The notes under the pieces: generated by a model
Databases searched by the model: none
What the model was told of the DNA's origin: nothing
Seen by the model: only the letters and a program-made list of their open reading frames with translations
Part shown: positions 29,588 through 39,195 of the stretch, in pieces
Layout of the letters: every line of letters starts with the position of its first letter
Numbering within the stretch: position 1 is the first letter of the stretch
IMG/VR virus record: IMGVR_UViG_3300021093_003900
Coordinates: 51,057-115,056 of that record
DNA length: 64,000 bases
Source of the DNA: a virus
Direction: 5' to 3' (one strand)
Position numbers and translations under genes: made by a program

Positions 29588-29877
29588 TATATGAAAACTA
29601 ATTCAATACAAGATCCTTTTTCTATTTGAATTTCATCCCAATACTCATCAATTCTATTTTCATCTGGAATGATCAAAACATTGGTCATAGCTTTGATTTT
29701 CACTCTATCTGTTGTTTGACTATTTAATTTAATTGTACAAATTTCAACATCTTTTACAACAATAGCATATTCTCCATTTGTTGTATACAACGCTTCGGAT
29801 ACAACGGCTAACTCAGAAGTTTTGACCTGTATTCCGTTAATTATTTTTTCACTTGGTATTGTTCTTATTATTGCCAT
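29542..29877 (-). CDS. hypothetical beta-rich protein, possibly structural
   Basis: 111-aa ORF coupled to the neck gene; overlaps polB convergently by 46 nt. Confidence 0.65.
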   Translation of the reverse strand: MAIIRTIPSEKIINGIQVKTSELAVVSEALYTTNGEYAIVVKDVEICTIKLNSQTTDRVKIKAMTNVLIIPDENRIDEYWDEIQIEKGSCIELVFIYHNWYILSSDGVKLW

Positions 29878-29878
29878 C

Positions 29879-30994
29879 TTAGACTGTTGTAATTGGTACT
29901 GGGAAGGCTCTGTATTGCATTTGTTTATTCAGACTTTCAGCAATATCTGCTTCTCTTTTCATTAGAAATTCTGGTCTTAATCTTTCAAGTCTTTTTGTTA
30001 GTTCCTCTAATAAAATTGTTTTTTCATCTTTAGCCTCCGTAGATAGTGATGCATAATCCATTTGAAGTTCACTATCTGGTGCTTTAAGATTTCCACTGAA
30101 TTTACCTCTTACACGAGCTAAAGTTTCTTTAGCATAAGCTGTTAACCACCTTCTTACCCATTGTTGAGCAGGATCATTCAGATCTTGCCATGATAGTACA
30201 TCTAATGGGATATCGGAGGGTAATTTTACAATATCAGGATTATCCTTCAGACATTGATCCCTATCCTTATCATAGGTATCATAATACCAATACCACACTT
30301 TTCCTCTATTAAGTTCTGAATTACCAAAGTCAAATTTACCACCGGGTGTATTATAAAGCATAATCGCTTTTTTTCCATTAGGAAGTGCTGTAACTCTATA
30401 TTGTAGATCTGGTTGAATAATTCTTCTTTTTATATTAATATCTTGTTGACGAGCTAATACATCATATGATGAAAAGAAAAAGTATCCACCACCACCCCAA
30501 CCCGGTTGAGCATAACCACCAGCACCACCAATTCCAGGACCACCTAATCCTCCAAATGACCAAGGGTCAAAAAGAATGTTACTTTGTTCTGCTGGAGAAA
30601 ACCATAAAAGTTCATTCAATTCACGTCCAGCTGGTATTTCGTATATTTGTTGATTTGCTTGTAATTGAATGTAATCTTTTTTTAGCACCCACGACCCTGA
30701 ATTTTGTAAACCAACAATTTTAGAATAAGCGTAAGTATATTGAGTTTCCCAATCTAGTGATCTTCTAACCAATGCATTTGCCACTGATTGTGTTTCCAAG
30801 TTTAAACCATATAGGGATGTCCATTGAGACTCAATTAACCAGTCTTGTACGTACTGGGTGTAATCACCAATTGATAATTCCATAAGTGAATCCATCATTT
30901 CATCTGTAAGTTCTACAGAACGTAGAGGTGCTCCTAAGAGGTTATAAATCCTCTTGTACATTCTACTTCTATCTGGTTCAGCTATTATTGTCAT
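29879..30994 (-). CDS. neck/head-tail adaptor protein (T4 gp13-like)
   Basis: LGAP...VELTDE N-terminus; W..R...A.AKE.L..VRGKF C-terminus. Confidence 0.75.
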   Translation of the reverse strand: MTIIAEPDRSRMYKRIYNLLGAPLRSVELTDEMMDSLMELSIGDYTQYVQDWLIESQWTSLYGLNLETQSVANALVRRSLDWETQYTYAYSKIVGLQNSGSWVLKKDYIQLQANQQIYEIPAGRELNELLWFSPAEQSNILFDPWSFGGLGGPGIGGAGGYAQPGWGGGGYFFFSSYDVLARQQDINIKRRIIQPDLQYRVTALPNGKKAIMLYNTPGGKFDFGNSELNRGKVWYWYYDTYDKDRDQCLKDNPDIVKLPSDIPLDVLSWQDLNDPAQQWVRRWLTAYAKETLARVRGKFSGNLKAPDSELQMDYASLSTEAKDEKTILLEELTKRLERLRPEFLMKREADIAESLNKQMQYRAFPVPITTV

Positions 30995-31015
30995 AAATTA
31001 CTCTAAATTTGTCGA

Positions 31016-31262
31016 GTTTCACTAGGTGTATTAGTTAAGGTTCTGTCGGTGTTGGTGTGTTTGTTACTGTTTCACTAGGTGTATTAGTTGGTGTTTCTGT
31101 CGGTGTTGGTGTGTTTGTTACTGTTTCACTAGGTGTATTAGTTGGTGTTTCTGTCGGTGTTGGTGTGTTTGTTACCGTTTCACTAGGTGTATTAGTTGGT
31201 GTTTCTGTCGGTGTTGGTGTGTTTGTTACTGTTTCACTAGGTGTATTAGTTGGTGTTTCTGT
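31016..31262. repeat. 54-bp tandem repeat ([18 protein letters not shown]), about 4.5 copies
   Basis: TTCACTAGGTGTATTAGTT recurs at 31018, 31071, 31125, 31179, 31233. Confidence 0.95.
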
Positions 31263-31562
31263 ATTCGTAGGTGTTATAGATGGTGTTTGTGTATGAGTAG
31301 GAGTTTGTGTTGGTGTTAGTGTATTTGTTGGTGTTTGTGTATTAGAAGGAGTTTGTGTTGGTGTGGGGGGAAAATAAGTTGTATTTGTTATTAGTTGACC
31401 CTCACTTGCGGTAAGAAGAGTTCCTTCTATGTACCAAACATTAACAACTTCATTTGGCATAAGTCGTTGGTCATTAATAAGCATATTATCACCACATCTT
31501 CTATAACTGATAGAACTTATTTGGGATAATTGATTTTCAATTGTGGATTTTTTACAAAACAT
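31035..31562 (-). CDS. mucin-like Thr/Pro-repeat protein
   Basis: ~65-aa N-terminal domain followed by ~110 aa of T/P/S/N/E repeats; TATTTAT upstream. Confidence 0.75.
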   Translation of the reverse strand: MFCKKSTIENQLSQISSISYRRCGDNMLINDQRLMPNEVVNVWYIEGTLLTASEGQLITNTTYFPPTPTQTPSNTQTPTNTLTPTQTPTHTQTPSITPTNTETPTNTPSETVTNTPTPTETPTNTPSETVTNTPTPTETPTNTPSETVTNTPTPTETPTNTPSETVTNTPTPTEP

Positions 31563-31595
31563 TTTTTTTATTTTTTTTATAAATATACGTTGTTA

Positions 31596-32285
31596 CTATA
31601 ATTTATCAGCCACGTACTCCCAATCAACAACTCTCCAAAAATTTTTTATGTATTCGTCTCTTCTGTTTTGATATTTTAGATAATATGCGTGTTCCCACAC
31701 ATCCAAACCAAGTATTGGTTTTCCGCCATCTTTAACAAAACTCATCATTGGATTGTCTTGATTTGGTGTTGTTATAATTTTTAATTTACCATTATCTTTG
31801 AGTATTAACCAAACCCAACCAGAACCAAATACAGTTTTTGCTGCCTCATCAAACTTTTTTTTAAATTCCTTAAGGGTTCCAAAATTTGAATTTATTCTTG
31901 ATTCAAGTTTTGTTGGTATTTTTGATGGATTAGGTGTCATCATTTCCCAAAATAAAGAATGATTATATGCTCCACCAGCATTATCACGAATTAATTTTTC
32001 GTTTTCTTTTACCGATGAAACAATCTCTTCCAACGACATATTTTCATATCGTTTTCCTTTAGTTGCAAGATTAAGTTTGTCCACGTATCCTTTGTAATGT
32101 TTTGTATAGTGAACATTCATCGTTGTTGGATCGATAAAAGCCTTTAGTGATGTAAATGAATATGGTAGTGGTTCAACAACAACATTACCTTGTTTAATCT
32201 TGGATTTTTTTTGTTCTTCTATTAATCTTCTACGTTCTTCAATTTTCTGTTCAATTAACTCAATTCTATTTTCCAAATATTTCAT
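31596..32285 (-). CDS. sodA: Fe/Mn superoxide dismutase (Mn-type residues) with N-terminal extension
   Basis: HYTKH..YV, NAGG..NHSLFW, FGSGWVWL, NQDNP, DVWEHAYY. Confidence 0.92.
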   Translation of the reverse strand: MKYLENRIELIEQKIEERRRLIEEQKKSKIKQGNVVVEPLPYSFTSLKAFIDPTTMNVHYTKHYKGYVDKLNLATKGKRYENMSLEEIVSSVKENEKLIRDNAGGAYNHSLFWEMMTPNPSKIPTKLESRINSNFGTLKEFKKKFDEAAKTVFGSGWVWLILKDNGKLKIITTPNQDNPMMSFVKDGGKPILGLDVWEHAYYLKYQNRRDEYIKNFWRVVDWEYVADKL

Positions 32286-32321
32286 ACTCCACCAAGACTT
32301 TAGTGTCTCTAATAAGTATTT

Positions 32322-34094
32322 TCAATTTCTCTTTTGGTTGATAGATTGAAGTATATTTTCAAGTGCATCTCCTTCAAACAACATTGTATCACCCATAACA
32401 GTATTGATAATTCTTTTTTTCTTATCTAGAATGTCATAGATAATTCCTTCGATTGTATTTTCGAATAGAGGGTAATAAACTACTACTGTATTTTTTTGTC
32501 CATATCGGTACGCTCTATCTTCAGCTTGAGAGTGGTCTGATGGTAGAAACGACAAATCGTTCATAATAACAGTTTCGGCGGCAGTTAAAGTTAAACCAAC
32601 ACCCGCGGCTTTAATATTACCGACAAAGACTTTAACTTTATCGTCGGTTTGGAATTTATCCACAGCATCTTGTCTTTCTCCTTTTGGTGTTGATCCATCA
32701 AGTTTTACCGCGACTTTTTTGAAGTGATTATAAATTGCATTAAGAGAATCAGTAAAGTTACAAAAGATGATAACTTTTTTATCTTGATCTAAAATATTTT
32801 CACACAGTTCTATTGTTTGTGCAACTTTTTCATTTGCAATAATTTGTCTGACTTTTGCGATTTTGGAAAATTGCATAGTAAGAGAATCGGATTCACCACC
32901 TTTGTCATACCACTCGTAATATTCACCCATTACATCTTCATATTCTTTGGATCTTAATCTCATATAAACTGGTGAGATAATTTTTTCAGGTAGATCTAGT
33001 ACATCATTTTTTAAACGACGTAGTACAAATGGTTTGGTTCTTTCGTATAGTTCTTCAAGATTGGAGGCACCACTCACATTCCAAATTTTTCGATTTCCTG
33101 CACGGAATTGATACCCATTGCAATATCTTTTGACGTAGGCCATCCAGTTTTGTGCGACATTACAATCAACAAGATTAAGTAGGTTGAAATAATTAATGGG
33201 TCGAGATGTGACGGGCGTTCCTGTTAACAACCAAACTTTATCTGATATCTTGGCTATATCATTTACAAGTTTTGTTCTTTGTGCTTGTGTATTACAAATT
33301 GCATGAGCCTCATCAACAATAATTAAATCGAACCCTGAATTACGTATAATTGATTCTACACCCTTTTCCAAACTATGAAAGTTTTTGAGAATGTCGTAGT
33401 TGACAATTACATAATCACCATCTTCCCATTTTTTACCCTCAACAATTGATATTTTTTTGTTGGTATGAAATTCGATTTCTCTTTTCCAATTAATTTTCAA
33501 AGATGCTGGACAAATTACAAGTGTTTTTTTTGAGTTCGACTCTAGGGACGCGACAATTGTTGTCATGGTTTTACCCAGCCCCAAATCGTCCGCTAAAATG
33601 TATTTTTTATTCTCACATAGGGTTTTGACACCTTCTTTTTGATGTTCGAGTAAAGGTCTATGACTATATTTGTCAAAATCAATTTCTACATTTTTAACCT
33701 TGTTGTCTTTGATAACTGCAGCTTTTGGGATCCAAAAGTCATGCAGCCCTTGGGTCTCAAAATAGTAACCCCAAATATGATAAGCGGTTTCTTTTTCAAC
33801 CAAAAGTTTTTCTATCCAAATTTGACTGGGTACTTCGGTAAACATTTTTTCATCCGCAATTTTATTTGCAAAATAGGAATCTAGTGTCACCCATTTTTTT
33901 GCGACCTTTGGTTCTCGTTTATGAAATTTGATGATATACTCGGTCTGAGTTGCGTTTGGAAAGAATTTAATATTCGTCAATTTTTTTTGACGAAGTTTTA
34001 GGATATAGTTATTTGCTCCCGAATAATTATCCAATATATCGAGTGCTTGGTTCTCTCTTGCGTTTAGTTGATTTTCCAAAAACAAATAAATCAA
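32322..34094 (-). CDS. SNF2-family (SMARCAL1/HARP-like) helicase/ATPase
   Basis: LADDLGLGKT, CPASL..NW, DEAH, LTGTP, GVGLTL, QAEDRAYRYGQ; exact TTG start uncertain. Confidence 0.9.
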   Translation of the reverse strand: MIYLFLENQLNARENQALDILDNYSGANNYILKLRQKKLTNIKFFPNATQTEYIIKFHKREPKVAKKWVTLDSYFANKIADEKMFTEVPSQIWIEKLLVEKETAYHIWGYYFETQGLHDFWIPKAAVIKDNKVKNVEIDFDKYSHRPLLEHQKEGVKTLCENKKYILADDLGLGKTMTTIVASLESNSKKTLVICPASLKINWKREIEFHTNKKISIVEGKKWEDGDYVIVNYDILKNFHSLEKGVESIIRNSGFDLIIVDEAHAICNTQAQRTKLVNDIAKISDKVWLLTGTPVTSRPINYFNLLNLVDCNVAQNWMAYVKRYCNGYQFRAGNRKIWNVSGASNLEELYERTKPFVLRRLKNDVLDLPEKIISPVYMRLRSKEYEDVMGEYYEWYDKGGESDSLTMQFSKIAKVRQIIANEKVAQTIELCENILDQDKKVIIFCNFTDSLNAIYNHFKKVAVKLDGSTPKGERQDAVDKFQTDDKVKVFVGNIKAAGVGLTLTAAETVIMNDLSFLPSDHSQAEDRAYRYGQKNTVVVYYPLFENTIEGIIYDILDKKKRIINTVMGDTMLFEGDALENILQSINQKRN

Positions 34095-34124
34095 ATATAA
34101 TAATAAAATAGATATTTATCAAGT

Positions 34125-34640
34125 ATGGCACAAAATCAAGTTCCAATAACGAGGTTAGGTAAGTTTTTCGGTCAAGAAGACTTCGATTTGGATGTAAATA
34201 TGGGTAGAGAATGGCTCGATGGGGATATGAATTTCACCATTGTTGTCTATCGTGTAAACAAACAAAAAACAAATCAAGACGATGTCTATGGTGAGGCTCT
34301 TCCCCAATCTATCGAATTTTTACCACCGATTTCTGTAAATGCTTATCTACAGATTTTACAACCAGACAATTCATTTTTGGGTAATTCAAAAATATTACAA
34401 AACGAACCAGGTAATATAAAATTTGCAATTTATCAAAAAGATTTGGATGATTTACAAATATCTATCAGTTTGGGTGATTACATAGGTTATTGGATTACAG
34501 AAAATCAAGTAAGGTATTATTCTGTTGTTGATAAAGGTATTCCAAACTACGACAACAAACATACTTATGGTGGGTATAAACCTTTTTATGTTAGTTACAT
34601 TGCAACACCTGTAACTGCAAATGAATTTATGGGGATTTAA
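34125..34640 (+). CDS. head-closure/neck protein (gp14-like)
   Basis: DDVYGE, GDYI, YY.V pattern; first gene of the tail module, TATTTAT upstream. Confidence 0.55.
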   Translation: MAQNQVPITRLGKFFGQEDFDLDVNMGREWLDGDMNFTIVVYRVNKQKTNQDDVYGEALPQSIEFLPPISVNAYLQILQPDNSFLGNSKILQNEPGNIKFAIYQKDLDDLQISISLGDYIGYWITENQVRYYSVVDKGIPNYDNKHTYGGYKPFYVSYIATPVTANEFMGI

Positions 34641-34642
34641 CC

Positions 34643-35713
34643 ATGGCACTACCAAAAAAAGTAATACCAAATATAAATTTAGTTCCTCCAAAAATATTAC
34701 TTGAGAGGAGAGAACAATTATTGGAGGATATTACAAAAGACGGAACATATCTTCCAAAGAATTTAGGATACGCTGATTTAGATAGGGGGTTTTTGGATTT
34801 TGTCAAAAATGAACTTAAAACTGTTGTTGAAGGTAAAGTTATTCCTACTATTGATATTCTTATTACAACACAAAATTGGGCACAATTTACTCAAACATGG
34901 TCTTTCCAGGATTTGAATGGTAATACCGAACCACCATTCATTACAGTTGTCAGGGTTCCTGAAGTAAAGTACGGTACAAATCCAGCAACACTATACAATA
35001 TCCCAAATCAAAAAGAGTTTTTTTATGCTGCTGTTCCCACATGGAATGGTAATGTAAAAGGTTTAGACATTTATAAAATACCACAACCAATACCTGTTGA
35101 TATTTCGTTTAGTGTGAAAATTATTTGTAATCGTATGAGAGAACTCAATGAATTCAATAAAAATGTTTTACAGACATTTGCGTCACGTCAAGCATATACT
35201 AAGGTCAACGGACATTTCATTCCAATTGTTAACGCAAACATTAGTGATGAATCTGTAACCCAACTTGATAAACGAAGATTTTATATTCAAAACTACGATT
35301 TTACTTTATTGGGTTTTCTATTGGATCAAGATAAATTCGAAGTCGCGCCTGCGGTATCTAGAGTCTTGAATGTGTTCGAAACAAATTTCAAACCAATAAA
35401 TAGAAAAAGAAAAGTTTTTCCAGTAAATGAGGGTGTATTTGATTTATTAGTGGAAGCAGAAGGAAGTTCACCTGTGATCAAAACTATCAGTGTTGATTAT
35501 ACAGGAACATTCACAATACTTTCAACTCAAAATGTAAGTTCATATGATTTATTTGTGAGATTGAACAATAGTGCTGAATTCGACTTTTATGGTACCAATG
35601 TCACAAACTTTGAGGTGAATACTGGGGATCAATTAAGGTTTGAAATTACACAAGAAAATGCGAATCCAACCTCAACTATTAGCTATGGTGTATCATTGTT
35701 AGGATCACCATAA
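34643..35713 (+). CDS. tail terminator/sheath stabiliser (gp15-like)
   Basis: Position before sheath; P.I.V.R and PIPVDI.F...I.....RELN pattern. Confidence 0.55.
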   Translation: MALPKKVIPNINLVPPKILLERREQLLEDITKDGTYLPKNLGYADLDRGFLDFVKNELKTVVEGKVIPTIDILITTQNWAQFTQTWSFQDLNGNTEPPFITVVRVPEVKYGTNPATLYNIPNQKEFFYAAVPTWNGNVKGLDIYKIPQPIPVDISFSVKIICNRMRELNEFNKNVLQTFASRQAYTKVNGHFIPIVNANISDESVTQLDKRRFYIQNYDFTLLGFLLDQDKFEVAPAVSRVLNVFETNFKPINRKRKVFPVNEGVFDLLVEAEGSSPVIKTISVDYTGTFTILSTQNVSSYDLFVRLNNSAEFDFYGTNVTNFEVNTGDQLRFEITQENANPTSTISYGVSLLGSP

Positions 35714-35731
35714 AACTAGATCATACAAAAT

Positions 35732-35887
35732 TTAATTTTCCCCGTAGATATCTCTTTTCTTGGAACAGTTTTGTTCAATAAGTTTTTCCAAAAACTTGTA
35801 AATTTTTATTCCATTTTCATCACAATATTTTTTTAGTTTGGTGTGTGAATCCAATGAAATTTTAATGTTTTTGGTATTTTTTTTCAT
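35732..35887 (-). CDS. small ribbon-helix-helix-like DNA-binding protein (51 aa, not in ORF track)
   Basis: MKKNTKNIKISLDSHTKLKKYCDENGIKIYKFLEKLIEQNCSKKRDIYGEN; strand-helix-G-helix pattern; TATTTAT on minus strand at 35922-35928. Confidence 0.7.
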   Translation of the reverse strand: MKKNTKNIKISLDSHTKLKKYCDENGIKIYKFLEKLIEQNCSKKRDIYGEN

Positions 35888-36003
35888 AAAAGATAAAAAA
35901 AGATAATTTTTACTTACTAATATAAATAAGTTTTTGAAAAAAAAAATACTTTATCAATCGAGATAATATTTATATCAATAAAACCTAAAAAAAATTACAT
36001 AGT

Positions 36004-39000
36004 ATGGCAACTACCAATAAAATATTTGTTTCCCCTGGTGTTTATACATCTGAGAGGGATTTGAGTTTTGTAGCACAGAGTGTTGGTGTTACAACTTTGG
36101 GTTTGGTTGGTGAAACTCTTACTGGCCCAGCCTTTGAACCTATTTTCATAACTAACTACGACGAATTTCAAGCTTTCTTTGGAGGTACTATCCCCGAAAA
36201 ATTTGTGAATACTCAAATTCCAAAATATGAATTAGCTTATATTGCAAAATCATATTTACAACAATCCAATCAGTTATTTGTAACTCGTGTATTGGGTCTT
36301 TCAGGGTATGATGCTGGACCGGGTTGGTCATTGTCTATTCAAGCAAATGTCGATGGAACAACAGTTGGATTAACAAGTACAGTATCAACATATACAATTA
36401 GTTTGTCCGCAACGACAGGGGGTACAGTTACGTTAACACCAGTTGGTTCTACATTGGTCGGAACTAATTTAAACAATCCTTTTACACTATTGAATGGAAA
36501 CCAATCATCCTTTAATAGTCAATTGACTAATCAAATCACGGCTATTGTAAATGCATCAGGAACTACAAGTGGTACTTCAATATATTATTTTGGTACTGTA
36601 TCTGATGCTGAGTATAGTGCTCTCGGTGCTTACACTGCACAGACAAACGTTTTTGGTGTTTCAGGATTAACAGATTCGGAAGCCGAATACACATCACCAA
36701 ACAACGATGCTTGGTATTATTCTAATTTCGATGAAAGTTCCAATGGAAATTATACAGGTTATTCATTTATGAGTATTGTAAGTTCTTTGACTGATACAGG
36801 ATCAGGTAATTATACTGGTACAATTTCAGGAACCGTGTTTAATTATTCAGGTGTTTCATACTTGGATTATAACGATGTTGTGGTAGCAACACTTCGTTCG
36901 AGAGGAATTTCGAACTATGGTTCAGGTGGAACTGGCCCAAGATATCAAGTGACAGGTTTAACGAGTGTTACACTTAATACAACAGGAACTTACTCTGCAG
37001 TAACAGAAAACCCTTTTGCTAGATTTGCAATTTCTGGTATAACTGATGGCGCTAACTCACCAGAAAATTTCCAATTTGTGGTATCGTTGTCACAAACAGA
37101 CCAAAACTACTTACCTGCTGTGTTGGGTAGAACTAATTTTAGTAGAAGTAGAACTGAGGTTCCGTTGTTTGTTGAGGAGATTTATCCGACATTACTTACT
37201 TATGGGTACAACAAAGGTTATATTAGAGGTATCAAAACCGACGTTATTGCTACTCCTGGTTTAAGATACACACCAACTACTGGTTCTATTGCAAACTATT
37301 TAGAAAGATATAGAGCCGCTGAATCTCCTTGGGTTGTGTCCCAACTTCGTGGTAGTACAGTTGAAAGATTATTCAAAGTGTTAACGATTTCCGATGGTAA
37401 TGCTGCAAATGCTCAAATTAAAATTTCAATTCAAAACATCTCGTTCAATAATTTAAATTTTGACTTAGGTGTTCGTGATTTCTTTGACACAGATACAAAT
37501 CCTGTGTATCTGGAAAAATTCACAAATTGTAATATGGATCCAGCATCGAATAATTACATCGGTGTTAAAGTGGGTACTTCTGACGGTGAATATACACTTA
37601 ACTCTAAATTTATTATGTTGGAGTTAGATGCTGATGCACCAATTAGTTCTCTTCCATGTGGTTTCGAGGGTTATGTGATGAGAGAGTATCCCAATGGATT
37701 GCCCCCATTCCCGATCTACAAAACCGCTTATTATTTCCCGGGTGAAGTTATTTACAACCCCCCATTTGGAACAACTACTGGCCCAGTGTCTTCTCGTGGT
37801 ATGTCCAATGCGGTACAAAGTTCTGGTGACAAGGTAAGAACTACGTTCTTGGGAATCTCAAGTCAAATTGGTTATGATGTTGACTTTTACCAGTACAAAG
37901 GAGCACAATACCCTGTAAGTATCTGTGACTCAGAAGCCGCAGAACCTTGGGATTACATCACTCAAGGTTTCCATATGGATTCAGGTGCGACAGTTGTACA
38001 AATCGCTGTTGGGCCAACTTCTGGTACTCCTGCATTCCAATGTGGTGATGCATCTTTCCAATCTGATCCTGAAACTTCCGCAAACCCATACTACCAAATC
38101 CAAGCTCGTAAGTTTACTTTTTTGGTACAAAAAGGTTTTGACGGTTGGGACATTTATCGTGAGTATCGTACAAACGGTGACTCATTCATACTAGGTGGTG
38201 CTGGGTATCAAAGAGGTGCTTGCGCTTCAACAAGATATCCGAACGCAACTGGGTGGGGAGCATTCAAACCTATTAGTGTTTCTAACTTTACGGATTATGC
38301 CAATACGGATTACTACGCTTATTTACTTGGTATTAGTACTTTCAATAATCCCGAGTCAACAAATATCAATGTGTTTGCAACCCCAGGTATTGATTACGTG
38401 AACAATTCAAATCTCGTTGAAGATGCAATTTCAATGATTACCTACCAGAGGGCTGATTCAATTTATATTGCAACAACACCTGACTGTAATGTGTTCTTAC
38501 CGACTATTAATGATAATTTTATTTATCCTACAGAAGCGGTAGATAACTTGGATAACACAGGTATTGACTCAAACTACACAGCAACTTATTACCCTTGGAT
38601 CTTGGTAAGAGATACTGTGAATAACACACAGATTTACATCCCACCAACAAATGAAGTTTGCAGAAACTTGGCTCTAACGGATAATATTTCATTTCCTTGG
38701 TTTGCTACCGCTGGTTACACTCGTGGTTTGGTCAACGCTATCAAAGCTCGTAAGAAACTTACACAAGAAGATAGAGACACTTTGTATCAGGGTCGTATTA
38801 ATCCTATCGCTACGTTTTCTGATGTTGGAACTGTAATTTGGGGTAACAAAACTCTTCAAATTGCTGATACGGCGTTGAATAGAATTAATGTGAGAAGATT
38901 GTTACTACAAGCTAGAAAACTTATTTCTGCAGTTGCCGTCAGATTATTGTTTGAACAAAACGATGCTAAGGTACGTCAGGACTTCTTAGACAGCGTCAAT

Positions 39001-39189
39001 CCTATTTTGGATGCCATCAGAAGAGACAGAGGTCTTTATGACTTCAGAGTGACTGTAAGCAGTTCTCCAGAGGATTTAGACAGAAACACACTCACTGGTA
39101 AAATCTATCTGAAACCTACTAAAGCGTTAGAATTTATCGATATAGAGTTCTTGATTACACCAACTGGAGCATCTTTTGAGAATATCTAA
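36004..39189 (+). CDS. contractile tail sheath protein
   Basis: FVSPGVYTSERD, YYPW, WFA.AG..RG, RINPI, WGNKTLQ, LNRINVRRL, EFIDIEF. Confidence 0.95.
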   Translation: MATTNKIFVSPGVYTSERDLSFVAQSVGVTTLGLVGETLTGPAFEPIFITNYDEFQAFFGGTIPEKFVNTQIPKYELAYIAKSYLQQSNQLFVTRVLGLSGYDAGPGWSLSIQANVDGTTVGLTSTVSTYTISLSATTGGTVTLTPVGSTLVGTNLNNPFTLLNGNQSSFNSQLTNQITAIVNASGTTSGTSIYYFGTVSDAEYSALGAYTAQTNVFGVSGLTDSEAEYTSPNNDAWYYSNFDESSNGNYTGYSFMSIVSSLTDTGSGNYTGTISGTVFNYSGVSYLDYNDVVVATLRSRGISNYGSGGTGPRYQVTGLTSVTLNTTGTYSAVTENPFARFAISGITDGANSPENFQFVVSLSQTDQNYLPAVLGRTNFSRSRTEVPLFVEEIYPTLLTYGYNKGYIRGIKTDVIATPGLRYTPTTGSIANYLERYRAAESPWVVSQLRGSTVERLFKVLTISDGNAANAQIKISIQNISFNNLNFDLGVRDFFDTDTNPVYLEKFTNCNMDPASNNYIGVKVGTSDGEYTLNSKFIMLELDADAPISSLPCGFEGYVMREYPNGLPPFPIYKTAYYFPGEVIYNPPFGTTTGPVSSRGMSNAVQSSGDKVRTTFLGISSQIGYDVDFYQYKGAQYPVSICDSEAAEPWDYITQGFHMDSGATVVQIAVGPTSGTPAFQCGDASFQSDPETSANPYYQIQARKFTFLVQKGFDGWDIYREYRTNGDSFILGGAGYQRGACASTRYPNATGWGAFKPISVSNFTDYANTDYYAYLLGISTFNNPESTNINVFATPGIDYVNNSNLVEDAISMITYQRADSIYIATTPDCNVFLPTINDNFIYPTEAVDNLDNTGIDSNYTATYYPWILVRDTVNNTQIYIPPTNEVCRNLALTDNISFPWFATAGYTRGLVNAIKARKKLTQEDRDTLYQGRINPIATFSDVGTVIWGNKTLQIADTALNRINVRRLLLQARKLISAVAVRLLFEQNDAKVRQDFLDSVNPILDAIRRDRGLYDFRVTVSSSPEDLDRNTLTGKIYLKPTKALEFIDIEFLITPTGASFENI

Positions 39190-39195
39190 TTATAA

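Noticed and set aside
31016-31262. Regular repeats resembling a CRISPR array
   Set aside because: Contiguous in-frame 54-bp units without unique spacers; they encode Thr-Pro repeats.
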